A DNA stretch of 64,000 nucleotides from Planctomycetota bacterium (lineage in GTDB: Bacteria > Planctomycetota > UBA8742 > UBA2392), in NCBI GenBank assembly GCA_019186845.1, contig JABARW010000007.1:1386-65385 (forward strand), given 5' to 3'. The notes under the pieces are model-generated. The model did not search any database. It saw only the letters and a program-made list of their open reading frames with translations, and had not been told where the DNA came from. Each line of letters starts with the position of its first letter. Position 1 is the first letter of the stretch. Of this stretch, positions 55,336-64,000 are shown piece after piece. The position numbers and the translations under genes were made by a program.

Positions 55336-55725
55336 ATGCTTCCTCTGCTGAACTTCGGCCCCAAGGGCCGGCCCTGGCCTGTCGATCACGGTGCACGCGC
55401 GCCCGCCTGGCTGCGATCGTTTGACGTTTGGCGCTGGATGGAAAGCCCCACTGGGCGGCTGATGCTCTCCTTCGGGCTGGTGGTGCTGTCTTCTGTGGTG
55501 ATTTCACTGCTGTTCGAGGTCTGCCGACGGCGCCATACCTACGGTGAGAACTTCAGGTTTCTCGTGACTCTCTTGATCGGGAGCTGGGGCTACTTCGTAC
55601 TTGGCTCACTGTTCGACCTGGAGACGACCTGGCACGCGGCAAACATCGCTTTGGTTACCATTGTGGTCAGCACGAGTTACCTGATGCGTCGGCCTGAGAA
55701 AACCGGCGTTCCTACCGACGCTTGA
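55336..55725 (+). CDS. hypothetical membrane protein
   Basis: 129 aa. Three hydrophobic helices. It starts 2 nt after the alr stop. Confidence 0.5.
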   Translation: MLPLLNFGPKGRPWPVDHGARAPAWLRSFDVWRWMESPTGRLMLSFGLVVLSSVVISLLFEVCRRRHTYGENFRFLVTLLIGSWGYFVLGSLFDLETTWHAANIALVTIVVSTSYLMRRPEKTGVPTDA

Positions 55726-55950
55726 TCTGCGACCGCCGAGCGCCGGTTCGAGGCGCCGCAGCGATCAATGGCTGAACGCCGACTGGCTCAAATGACAGGT
55801 CCAACTCCTCGGGCGGCTCCCATGAACCGTGATCCCACCGCACCGGTCGCGTAACACCGTAGCGCAGGTGGCGCCCCCATGCTCAGTCGCCGGGTGCATG
55901 CTGCCACCCTCCGATGAAAGGGCACAACGGCATGCTGTCGTCTGTGTCCG

Positions 55951-56664
55951 CTAGATTGAGCGCTTGGCCCGCTCGGCCAGCTTCCGGGCCTCTTCCTCTT
56001 TGCGGGCCTTGGCGCGCTCTCGCTTGGCCGCGTTCTCGGCCTCCATCTTCTCCTGGTTCTGGCGAATCTGTTCTGCCCTCTCGGCCAGCTCCTGCTGTTC
56101 GCGCTGATGCTCCGACTCCTGATGGGCCTGAAAGTCCTCAACGGTCATCGTCGGTTGAATGGCCTTGCGCGTAAACGGAAAGAGCCGCCCCGCGTTGGGG
56201 TTGAAGAGAAACGCTAACGCGCCCCCGATAGCCGCGACCAGGCCGGCCTCAAACAGCACGCCCACCGCCACACGGCTCAACGTATCGGGAAGCACACTCT
56301 TACCCACGCCAAAGGCAGCAAACAGCAGTACCGGCGCCAGAAACACAAACGCCGTGACCGCGGCCCCCTGCATGATCTTGAGGCGCTTGGCGCGAATCAT
56401 GAAGCCCTGCACCCGGCTGCAGCGCGGGCAGGGCGCGATGTCCACCGCCTTGGCCAGTTCCTTCTGCAAACGCTGATAGGCCGCCTTCTCAGCACTGCTT
56501 TCCGCCGCCTCCTGAAACATGAACAGGGGTGCAAGCCCGTGGCCTGAGCCGCTGCGCGCTGCCACGTACACATACTCGCAGCGGCACTGCTCGCAGCACA
56601 CCTCTTTGAGGCTCGAGCCCTCGAGTTGGGCGGTGTAAGAAGTGCCAATCGGGATCAGAACCAT
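55951..56664 (-). CDS. hypothetical zinc-ribbon membrane protein with charged C-terminal helix
   Basis: 237 aa. CCEQCRC...CPRC Cys pairs. Two TM helices (GAAVTAFVFLAPVLLFAAFGV, VAVGVLFEAGLVAAIGGALAFLF). The C-terminus is E/R/K/Q-rich. Confidence 0.6.
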   Translation of the reverse strand: MVLIPIGTSYTAQLEGSSLKEVCCEQCRCEYVYVAARSGSGHGLAPLFMFQEAAESSAEKAAYQRLQKELAKAVDIAPCPRCSRVQGFMIRAKRLKIMQGAAVTAFVFLAPVLLFAAFGVGKSVLPDTLSRVAVGVLFEAGLVAAIGGALAFLFNPNAGRLFPFTRKAIQPTMTVEDFQAHQESEHQREQQELAERAEQIRQNQEKMEAENAAKRERAKARKEEEARKLAERAKRSI

Positions 56665-56808
56665 GGCCTTGCCCCTGACAGCGACGAAAGCCTGCTACAC
56701 GTGTCGATATTGACAGTGTCGTATCCAATCACTTCAGGACAAGTTAATTTCATCCGGCTCAGACGAGCGCGGACAGCCGCGGCACACCAACGCCTGCGCG
56801 GCGAGTCA

Positions 56809-59565
56809 TCAGGTTTGGGGCAGCTCCTTCATAAGCGCCTGGGTCTGGTCCAACTCGCGCTGGCGCACGATGTTGCCGCTCTGGATCATCTGCGAATACT
56901 CGCGGGCGGCCTCTTCCAGCAAGGCGCGGCAGCGCGCGATCGGGTCGCCGGTCACCGCGCCCTGGGCCGCAAGCGAGGGCCCGTGCTTCATCAGGAAAGG
57001 CACAAAGCGCAAAACCAGGTCGCCCTTGGCCATTTCCTCGCTGGTCATGCCCAGAGCCGTGAGTTCGTCAAACTTCGCCAGGCTTTCTTCAAAGCGACGG
57101 CAGGCGTCAACCAGCTTGCCGTCGTGGGCCAGCAACTCGCCCTCCAGCGCCAGATTCATGGCCTCGAAGTCAATCTGCCCCTGCGCCACGGAAGTCTGAC
57201 GCGCCGTGGCCACCAGGTCGCGGGCGTCGGACATGCGGCCCAGGGCCACGTAAGCCCGCGCCAGGCCGGTCTCGATGACGGGCAGCGCGGCGGTCGTGCC
57301 GGCGTTGATGCACTCCGAGCGCGCCTCGCTCAGGCGTGCCACGGCCTGTTCGTGGCGCCCGCCATAGAGCGCGATGAGCCCCAGGTTGAGCAGGCAGTAA
57401 AGCGTGGCCGCCGCCTCGTCGCGCCGGCGCGCATTACTCAGGATGTTCTCGTAGGTCTGCACCGCTTCCTCGATGCGGCCCTGCCAGTAGTAAACCGAGC
57501 CCAGATTGAGCCGGGCCATTTCCGCGCGGCCGATGTCGCCGATGGCGACGAGCAGGTCGTAGGCTTTCTTGAAGGCGGCCTCGCCTTCCAGGGGGCGGCC
57601 GCGGTGGGCCTTGACGGAACCCAGGGCCAGGAGCGTGCCTGCAAGATCAAAGCGGTTGGCCGTCTTTCCGGTCAGCTCGTAGGCCTCGTCCAGCAGCATT
57701 TCGGCCTGATCGAGCCTGTTCTCCTGACGATAGACGTTGGCCGCCTGGTGGAGGCAATCAAGCGCGCGGCCGTGGAGCCCCTGAGCGAGGAAGATCTCGC
57801 GAGAGACGAAGAACAGATCCCGCGCGCGCTCAGTTTCGCCGCGCCGGCGCACAATCACGCCAAAGGAGAAGGCCAGCTCCGCGTAATCCAGCGTGCCGCG
57901 CGGGGTCAGTGAAAGGGCAACTTCGAGTTCAGCCACAATTTCGGGGTGGCGCCCCGAAACCACATATACGTCGGCCGTCTCGCACAGGGCAAGTCGCAGC
58001 GTCTCGGCATCAAGCTGGGAGCGGTCCGGCAGCCGTCCGATGACGTCTGCCGCGCGACCGTAATTACCGAGCTTGATGTGGGCGCGCGTAAGGGCCAGCA
58101 GCAACGCAGCTTTGTGAGCCACCGTTTCGGGGCTGTCCTTGATCTGCGCCAGCACCGGCAAAATGCGGTCTGCCAGTTCCACGACGCCGAGAAACAGGCC
58201 TCGCTTGATGACATCGCGCGCGGCGGCGGCCGCCCAGCTCAGGGCTTCGGTGTAGGCGTGGCATTCCAGGGCATGGTGCATCTGCAGGCAGGCCATGCGC
58301 TGGGGAAGGGCCGCCGTGAAGGGCGCCAGGGCGTTGATGGCGGCGCGGTGGAACTGGCGCTGGTCGGCCGCCGGCATGACCATTTCGCAGGCGTCACGGA
58401 ACACGGGGTGCCGGAACACCCAGTCGCCCTCGGCGCGCTGCAGGGGCTTGAGGAAACCCTGCTTGATCAGGCGCACGGCGTGGCGCGGCAGGTCTTCAAT
58501 GTCGCCGCCGAGCTCGCGGATCATGGCCACGAGCATGGGCTGGGGCGCGCGCAGGCCAATGGCGCTTGCCGCGACAATGGCCTGGAGTGTGGGCCCCGGC
58601 AGGCCGCGCAGGTTGTCGGCGATCATGGGCGCCGTGGACTTGGTCGAGCCCGCGCTTTCGACGCCCTCGGCCACGGTCCAGGTGTTCTCCGCGCTGCTGA
58701 TGATGATGTGCTGCGTGACCAGCAGGCGGATCTGCTGTTCGAGCACCAGGGCGTTACCGTTGCTGCGCCGCCACAGCGTTTCATTGAGGCGGCGCGGCAG
58801 CACAGTGCCTTTGAGAATGCGGCTGACGAACACGCTCTGCTCTTCGGCTGTGAACGCCGGCACATGCACGACGGCGGGCTCGCGACCGAGCGAGCGCACG
58901 CGGGAAAGGGCTTCGGCCGAATTGGCGCAGGTGGCGACAATCACCGGCGACTCGGCCTCTGCCAACCCCTGGAGCGCGCGGCCGATCAACTGGCCACTGG
59001 AGGAGTCCGCGCGGTCGAGGTCGTCCATGACCAGCAGCAGGCGCTGGCCGCCGCCCCGGGCATCCAGCGTCAGGCAGCCAAGCAGGCCGCGCAACGCGGC
59101 CACCAGCTCGCCGAAGTATCCGTACTTCGTGAGGGAACGCTCAAGTGTGTCCGCGGCGTCGTAGCCCGCACTCCTCAACAGATAGGGCAAGCCGGCCTTG
59201 AGGTCCTTGCCGCGCGCCGTCTCGCCGTGGCGCGAGGCCAACTCGGACAACTGGACCCGAAGCTTTTCCACGGGGTCTTGAATGGATTCGTCTTCGTCCA
59301 GCAGGGCGAGCAGCATCTCCATGACCAGCGACCCGGGCACACTCACGGGGCGCGGCGCAGTCACCGTCAAAATGCGGAACTCGGCGCGATCCTTGAAGGC
59401 ATGGGCCACCAGCCGTGACTTGCCCACGCCGGCCTCTCCGGTGACCAGAACGATGGGAGACTGGTCGGGCGCGGCGAGGCTTTGGGCCAGTTGCGCCAGT
59501 TGGGCCTCCCGGCCGACAAACTCCGGCACCGCCGGCAACGTCAGAAGTACGCGCGTGTAGGCCAT
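56809..59565 (-). CDS. STAND/AAA_16-type P-loop NTPase fused to TPR repeats
   Basis: FVGREAQLAQLAQSL...IVLVTGEAGVGKSRL (Walker A), LLLVMDDLDRAD (Walker B), and a C-terminal half of TPR-like repeats. No HTH or enzymatic effector domain recognised. Start at MAYTRV (59565). The ORF extends to 59643. Confidence 0.75.
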   Translation of the reverse strand: MAYTRVLLTLPAVPEFVGREAQLAQLAQSLAAPDQSPIVLVTGEAGVGKSRLVAHAFKDRAEFRILTVTAPRPVSVPGSLVMEMLLALLDEDESIQDPVEKLRVQLSELASRHGETARGKDLKAGLPYLLRSAGYDAADTLERSLTKYGYFGELVAALRGLLGCLTLDARGGGQRLLLVMDDLDRADSSSGQLIGRALQGLAEAESPVIVATCANSAEALSRVRSLGREPAVVHVPAFTAEEQSVFVSRILKGTVLPRRLNETLWRRSNGNALVLEQQIRLLVTQHIIISSAENTWTVAEGVESAGSTKSTAPMIADNLRGLPGPTLQAIVAASAIGLRAPQPMLVAMIRELGGDIEDLPRHAVRLIKQGFLKPLQRAEGDWVFRHPVFRDACEMVMPAADQRQFHRAAINALAPFTAALPQRMACLQMHHALECHAYTEALSWAAAAARDVIKRGLFLGVVELADRILPVLAQIKDSPETVAHKAALLLALTRAHIKLGNYGRAADVIGRLPDRSQLDAETLRLALCETADVYVVSGRHPEIVAELEVALSLTPRGTLDYAELAFSFGVIVRRRGETERARDLFFVSREIFLAQGLHGRALDCLHQAANVYRQENRLDQAEMLLDEAYELTGKTANRFDLAGTLLALGSVKAHRGRPLEGEAAFKKAYDLLVAIGDIGRAEMARLNLGSVYYWQGRIEEAVQTYENILSNARRRDEAAATLYCLLNLGLIALYGGRHEQAVARLSEARSECINAGTTAALPVIETGLARAYVALGRMSDARDLVATARQTSVAQGQIDFEAMNLALEGELLAHDGKLVDACRRFEESLAKFDELTALGMTSEEMAKGDLVLRFVPFLMKHGPSLAAQGAVTGDPIARCRALLEEAAREYSQMIQSGNIVRQRELDQTQALMKELPQT

Positions 59566-59687
59566 GCGAAGTTCAATGCCTGAAGGGAACGTGACACAAG
59601 TGTATAGGTTGGCTAGTGGACGGGGCCAATGGTTTGCTTGCAAGACGTCTCTCGAATATCGTGGATGCCTACTCGTGGAGCCAGCCG

Positions 59688-60167
59688 ATGCCCGATGTTT
59701 CCGACGAAATGCAGGCCCTGGGACGCATCCCCTCGGGGTTGTTCATCGTGACCGCGGAGAACTCAGGCCAGCGCGCCGCGTTCCTCGCCAGTTGGGTCAT
59801 GCAGGCGGGGTTTTCGCCGCCTTCGGTGAGCGTGGCAGTAAAGCAGGATCGTCCCATCATGCGACAGATGGGCAGGGGCGCCCGGCTCGCCGTCAACATT
59901 CTGGCCAAAGAGGACAAGGCGCTGCTGGGCCAGTTCGCCAAGGGATTTCCCCTGGACGCCGACCCCTTTGCCGGCGCGAAGATCGCGCGCACGGCCAACG
60001 GCACTCCCTATCTGCTCGACGCCCTGGGCTTTCTTGAGCTCAGTGTGATCCGCGTGCTCGAACCTTCCACGGAACATAACCTGATCGTGGGCGAAGTTGT
60101 TTCGGGCAAGATGCTCAAGGAGGGCGAGCCCTGGGTTCATGTTCGCAAGAACGGGGCGAACTACTAG
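59688..60167 (+). CDS. flavin reductase-like domain protein
   Basis: IPSGLFIVTAENSGQRAAFLASWVMQAGFSPPSVSVAV is typical of the flavin reductase (FMN-binding split barrel) family. Confidence 0.75.
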   Translation: MPDVSDEMQALGRIPSGLFIVTAENSGQRAAFLASWVMQAGFSPPSVSVAVKQDRPIMRQMGRGARLAVNILAKEDKALLGQFAKGFPLDADPFAGAKIARTANGTPYLLDALGFLELSVIRVLEPSTEHNLIVGEVVSGKMLKEGEPWVHVRKNGANY

Positions 60168-60169
60168 CC

Positions 60170-60565
60170 ATGAACATGTGCGAAATCCTGCGAACCTCCC
60201 GCCGCATCGCCGTACTGGGGGCTTCCCCCCGGCCTGACCGCACGGCCCATGACATCGCCAATTACCTATCACGCCACGGCTATGAAGTGGTGCCGGTGAA
60301 CCCGCGCTACGAGGAGATCCAGGGCGCGCGCTGCTACAAGTCCCTGGCCGAGATTCCGCAGCCGGTGGACATCGTGGATGTCTTCCGCGCCGCGGAACAC
60401 GAAGATGAAGTGGCCGCGGAGATTCTCGCCATGAAGGTCAAGCCGCGCGCGGTCTGGTTCCAGTTGTTCGCGGGGGGCGAAGGGGTCAGGGAAGAACTGG
60501 AGCAGGCCGGCATCACGGTATTCGTGGATCAGTGCATCAAAGTGGATCATTCAGCCTGCGCCTGA
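60170..60565 (+). CDS. CoA-binding domain protein
   Basis: RRIAVLGASPRPDRTAHDIANYLSRHGYEVVPVNPRYEEIQGARCYKSLAEIPQPVDIVDVFR matches the YccU/YneT CoA-binding family. Confidence 0.8.
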   Translation: MNMCEILRTSRRIAVLGASPRPDRTAHDIANYLSRHGYEVVPVNPRYEEIQGARCYKSLAEIPQPVDIVDVFRAAEHEDEVAAEILAMKVKPRAVWFQLFAGGEGVREELEQAGITVFVDQCIKVDHSACA

Positions 60566-60624
60566 AGGCAGGTGCCTTGAGCGCGCGGCGCTGATAAAAG
60601 GCTGCGGGGCGAACCGGCCAAACC

Positions 60625-62124
60625 ATGAACCGCACCTTTGACGAAGTCCACGCCTTTATCCGCACCAACGAACTGCTCGAGCGCGGCGAGAGCGTTCTGC
60701 TCGGGTTTTCCGGCGGGCCGGACAGCATGTTTCTGGCCTTTGCCCTCAAGTCCATCAGCCAGACCTACAAGTACGGCTGGGACCTGACACTGGCTCACCT
60801 CAATCACGGCATCACCCCGCGCGCCAGCGAGAACGAGGCCTTCTGCCGCAAGGCGGCCGGGGAGTTCTTCAAGCTGCCCCTGCTGGTACAGAGTTCCAAT
60901 GTGCTGGAGCTGCATGCCAAGCCGGGAAATCGCGGATTCTCCGTGGAGTCCCTGGCCCGCCGCGAGCGCTACCGCTTTTTCATCGACACCTGCCGGGAAC
61001 GGGGCATCTCCAAACTGGCCACGGGGCACCAGCTCGACGATCAGGCCGAAACCGTGCTCATGCGCGCCATCGGTGGCTCCTGGCTCATCGGCATGGCCGG
61101 CATTCCCGTGCGCCGCCCGCTGGCGCGCGGCATCAGCACCGAAGTCGTCCGGCCCCTGTTGCGCATCTCCCGCGAGCAGGTGGAGGACTTCCTGCGTTCG
61201 GAGAAAATCTACTGGTTCGAAGACCAGTCCAACGCCGACTTGCGCTACGCGCGCAATCGCGTGCGGCACCAGCTCATGCCCATGCTGGTCCGTGAGTTCA
61301 ACCCTAACGCCAAGCTGCACCTTGCCAGCCTGGGCATGCAGGCCGCCGAACTGGAACAGGAGCTTGCGCGCATGAGCGCCGGCTTTTTCGAGCCGCCGCA
61401 GACCCGCGCCGGGCAAACCAGCGCCCGCATCGACATCGAGCGCCTGCGCATGCAGGGCCCCCTGGTGCAGCGCTACATCCTGCGCAATGCGCTCTTGGGC
61501 GTGGGCATGCCCATCCGCGAAGTGACCCACCGCCGCGTGGAGAGCATCCGTGACCTGCTCTCAAGTGAGCGCCGCGGCATCGTCGTCAAGCTTACGGACG
61601 CCGCCACGGTGCGGCTGGATGACCGCGAGCTGGTCGTGCTGCTCTCGCATGAAGAATTGGAGGGTGAACACCTCCAGCATGCCGAATTCACCATCTGCAG
61701 TGACGGCTCGTGGCTGGCGGAGCTGAACGCGGGCCCCTATTCGCGGGTGCGCGCCGAAATGCTGGCCATGCCGGCGGGAGGCGTGAAACAGCTGCTCCAG
61801 GGCAAACCGCCTGAGGTGGAGTATGTGGACGCCTCCAAGGTCCTGTTCCCCCTTTATGTGCGCAGCCGCAAGGATGGTGACCGCATTCGCCCTCTGGGCA
61901 TGGAGGGCGAAAAGAAGGTTCAGGACCTGTTGACTGACTCCAAGGTGCCGCGCGAGCAGCGCGACCTCGTTCCCCTTGTCTGCGACAGCAACGGCATTGT
62001 CTGGGTGGTAGGCCAGACCATCGCCAACCATCTCAAGGTGACCGAGCGCAGCAGCCAGGTCCTGGCCCTGAGCGTGCTGGCGCGCACCGCCGAGCAGAGC
62101 GGATGGCTGCCGGCCGTCGAATGA
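60625..62124 (+). CDS. tilS: tRNA(Ile)-lysidine synthetase
   Basis: PP-loop VLLGFSGGPDSMFLA. LATGHQLDDQAETVLMR. C-terminal TilS domain FPLYVRSRKDGDRIRPLGMEGEKKVQDLLTDSKVP. Confidence 0.9.
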   Translation: MNRTFDEVHAFIRTNELLERGESVLLGFSGGPDSMFLAFALKSISQTYKYGWDLTLAHLNHGITPRASENEAFCRKAAGEFFKLPLLVQSSNVLELHAKPGNRGFSVESLARRERYRFFIDTCRERGISKLATGHQLDDQAETVLMRAIGGSWLIGMAGIPVRRPLARGISTEVVRPLLRISREQVEDFLRSEKIYWFEDQSNADLRYARNRVRHQLMPMLVREFNPNAKLHLASLGMQAAELEQELARMSAGFFEPPQTRAGQTSARIDIERLRMQGPLVQRYILRNALLGVGMPIREVTHRRVESIRDLLSSERRGIVVKLTDAATVRLDDRELVVLLSHEELEGEHLQHAEFTICSDGSWLAELNAGPYSRVRAEMLAMPAGGVKQLLQGKPPEVEYVDASKVLFPLYVRSRKDGDRIRPLGMEGEKKVQDLLTDSKVPREQRDLVPLVCDSNGIVWVVGQTIANHLKVTERSSQVLALSVLARTAEQSGWLPAVE

Positions 62125-62511
62125 TCACTTGCTGTCGTCGAGATTCTTCAGAATGGCCTTGGTGTGAGGCCCGTAAAAGCGGTCGTGCTGAAGCTCGGTG
62201 GCCCGCTTCACTACGTCAAACTGCTGCTCCTGCTCTTTGAGGTACTCCAGGCCCGCGGCCGCCGGCCGCGCCAGCGCTTCGCGGTAAATTGCGAGGTCTT
62301 CAGTCGTGATCAGGTGAATGTCCAGGCCACGCAGATGGTTGAGCACTTCGATCGCGCAAACGTCGGCGCCCTGCGAGCTGGTTTTCTTGGCCCAGTTCAT
62401 GACGGCCTGGCTTGTGAGCTGACCGTCCTCCCATTGCTTGAACACACGCAGCAATTCGTCACGAAGCCTGTTCATGGGATTCACTCTAGCAGGTCGTTGA
62501 AAGAGTGGCAT
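62125..62511 (-). CDS. hypothetical protein
   Basis: 128-aa ORF convergent with tilS. No motif recognised. An alternative start is M13 (62475). Confidence 0.45.
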   Translation of the reverse strand: MPLFQRPARVNPMNRLRDELLRVFKQWEDGQLTSQAVMNWAKKTSSQGADVCAIEVLNHLRGLDIHLITTEDLAIYREALARPAAAGLEYLKEQEQQFDVVKRATELQHDRFYGPHTKAILKNLDDSK

Positions 62512-62740
62512 CCAGCCACTTTCTCAACCCGGTCGGGCCAAAGGGAATCTGGCCCGACCTGCATTTCAAGCGGCCTTTCAGCCGGCTGAAATGCGCAAGC
62601 CATCCAAGGCTTGGCTAAGCAGGCCGTATCTCAACGGCCGGCCAGCAGCATTGCCATTGCCTTGCAGGGGCTGCCTCGCTGTGGCTGTGGGTTCTATCGC
62701 CCCTTGGTAATCATGGCCTGGCATTCAATAATCAAAGGGC

Positions 62741-63136
62741 ATGGAAAAGCTGCTGACCGCCCTTGAACCCTACGCCAGCTTCCGTTTCACGCTGGGGCTC
62801 GTGCTCACCGGGCTGACCATCTATCTCACGGTCAGCAGCGCGATATCCCTGCGCCAGTTCCTCGCCTTCCTCAACGATCTCGATCGCCAGGCCAAAGGCC
62901 AGCGACTGCTTGACAACGCCCGCCTCGCCCTGGACCCGGCGATTGACCTCACCCGCCAGCCCGCGCTCAAAGCCAGGCCAGGCCACATCATCAAGACTGC
63001 CGTGTTTCTCGCCTGCCTGCGCCTGATGTCATGGCGAACCCTGGCGCGACATTGGCGCCAGTGGCTGACCCTGGCGGCCCTCACGGGGGCCAGCTTGCCG
63101 ATGTATTGGTACGTGTTCAAATTCGGCGGAGTTTAA
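62741..63136 (+). CDS. hypothetical membrane protein
   Basis: 131 aa. Three hydrophobic helices. Confidence 0.5.
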   Translation: MEKLLTALEPYASFRFTLGLVLTGLTIYLTVSSAISLRQFLAFLNDLDRQAKGQRLLDNARLALDPAIDLTRQPALKARPGHIIKTAVFLACLRLMSWRTLARHWRQWLTLAALTGASLPMYWYVFKFGGV

Positions 63137-63140
63137 ATGA

Positions 63141-63170
63141 GAGAGCCGGCAATTGCCGGCTCTCGTGTTT
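63141..63170. terminator. bidirectional hairpin terminator between convergent genes
   Basis: Perfect 10-bp stem gagagccggc / gccggctctc with loop aatt. GTGTTT follows on the plus strand, and TCATTTAAAC follows on the minus strand. Confidence 0.65.
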
Positions 63171-63179
63171 GCGGCTGAT

Positions 63180-63827
63180 TTACTCGCCCGCCTTGAACTC
63201 CTCAAGCGTCATGGTCTGGCCCATGCCGCCGCCTTCGAACGTCATTTTGACCAGCGTGCCGGCCTTGTCCTTGGGGAACCAGTACTTCGTGGTGCTATCG
63301 CCGCGAGTGGTTGACTCCGTGCGGGTATAGACCTTGCAGTCCCACTCCACGCCCGCCAGCGTCAGCTTCTCTTCGGTCACGGTCGTGCCGGCCCTGCTGA
63401 ACTTCATGTTGCCCATGTACTTAGACCACTTCTTGGTGCTATCCTTGGCCTTGCCGACTTCCTTCTTTTCGGCGTCCATACGACTCTGGCGCTGGGTGTA
63501 GGTTTCGTCGGTGACCGCGGTGATCTCGATCTTCTGATACTCGGTGATCTTCTGCTCGCCCCGGGTCTGTTCGACCTTGAACAGCATCATCATGCCCTTC
63601 TTGACGCCCTTCTTGATTTCGTCGGCCGTCCAGGGAAGAGAGATGGTTTCCTCGGCTTTGGGCTCTTCCTTCTTGGGCTCTTCCTTCTTGGGCTCTTCCT
63701 TCTTGGGCTCTTCCTTCTTGGGCTCTTCCTTCTTCGGCGGCTCAGGAGCGGAATCCGCCAGCACGGCGGACACACCCATAGAAGACGCAAACATCGCCGC
63801 AAACATCAGGCTCCATACACTGCGCAT
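63180..63827 (-). CDS. secreted hypothetical protein with (KKEEP)5 repeat
   Basis: Signal peptide MRSVWSLMFAAMFASSMGVSAVLA, then PPKKEEPKKEEPKKEEPKKEEPKKEEPKAEE, then a beta-rich domain. The ORF extends to 63872. Confidence 0.65.
   Translation of the reverse strand: MRSVWSLMFAAMFASSMGVSAVLADSAPEPPKKEEPKKEEPKKEEPKKEEPKKEEPKAEETISLPWTADEIKKGVKKGMMMLFKVEQTRGEQKITEYQKIEITAVTDETYTQRQSRMDAEKKEVGKAKDSTKKWSKYMGNMKFSRAGTTVTEEKLTLAGVEWDCKVYTRTESTTRGDSTTKYWFPKDKAGTLVKMTFEGGGMGQTMTLEEFKAGE
63661..63735. repeat. five tandem copies of a 15-bp unit (ggctcttccttcttg) encoding KKEEP
   Basis: Four perfect copies plus one copy with a single mismatch. The repeat is in frame inside CDS 63180..63827. Confidence 0.9.
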
Positions 63828-63902
63828 ATCTATCCTCGATCCATGAATGGCCGCGATCAGCCCCGCGGCCACCGGCCGGACGGCAAAGCCGCCCGCGACT
63901 CG

Positions 63903-64000
63903 TTACTTGCCCCGTTTCAGCTCGACCAGCGTCCAGATTTCAACGTCTTTGGTACCGTTATGCTCGCCTTCAATGCTCATCTTCACCACCACCCCGGGGT
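63903..64000 (-). CDS. 3' end of a paralog of the 63180..63827 product (truncated by the window edge)
   Basis: The minus-strand translation PGVVVKMSIEGEHNGTKDVEIWTLVELKRGK-stop aligns with the C-terminus GTLVKMTFEGGGMGQTMTLEEFKAGE-stop of the neighbouring gene. Confidence 0.55.
   Translation of the reverse strand, partial: PGVVVKMSIEGEHNGTKDVEIWTLVELKRGK

Noticed and set aside
63661-63735. Short tandem repeat that might be taken for a CRISPR-like array.
   Set aside because: The 15-bp units are directly adjacent with no spacers. They are in frame inside a CDS and encode KKEEP. No cas genes are present in the window.

Overview
High-GC bacterial chromosomal window, about 60-73% GC in the 60-nt lines I hand-counted. 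It is densely coding on both strands. I found no rRNA, CRISPR array, transposase or integrase. The gene content (BatA-like VWA protein, DUF1579, ECF sigma with a FecR-like anti-sigma, futalosine-pathway mqn genes, lpxA, tatA) suggests a Gram-negative, possibly Planctomycetota-like genome. That placement is inference only.

Recognisable housekeeping genes:
- Cell envelope and translation: mltA, rpsB-tsf, tatA, tRNA-Leu(CAG), birA, lpxA, alr, tilS.
- Cofactor and redox: pterin-4a-carbinolamine dehydratase, pirin, FMN reductase, flavin reductase, CoA-binding protein.
- Menaquinone (futalosine route): mqnA, an MqnC/E-family radical SAM enzyme and a UbiD-family decarboxylase.
- Regulation and transport: a heterodimeric ABC exporter pair, an ECF sigma/anti-sigma pair, a hybrid PAS histidine kinase, and a sensor-less sigma54 activator.
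- Arsenic: an arsR - arsI/cadI-like - aquaporin - arsC operon.

Most unusual loci:
1. 49873..52695: a 940-aa protein whose C-terminal ~330 aa carry MreB/actin-fold motifs. These follow a ~610-aa N-terminal extension made of acidic repeats plus a ~240-aa E/R/Q/A charged helix. A poly-Gly helical protein lies just downstream.
2. 28497..35251: three paralogous TM + coiled-coil + small beta-domain proteins with an MreC-like layout. They are followed by three HtrA/PDZ paralogs, two of which have lost the catalytic residues.
3. 6939..9836: a lower-GC two-gene cassette bracketed by 93-bp direct repeats. The repeats duplicate the 3' end and terminator of the neighbouring coiled-coil gene, and one cassette gene is disrupted.
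4. A lipoprotein serpin, a STAND-type NTPase-TPR protein with a Zn-ribbon membrane partner, and a possible 34-aa very basic small ORF.

The many long antisense ORFs in the track are GC-driven shadows of the real genes. All functional calls rest on motif recognition by eye. No database search was run.
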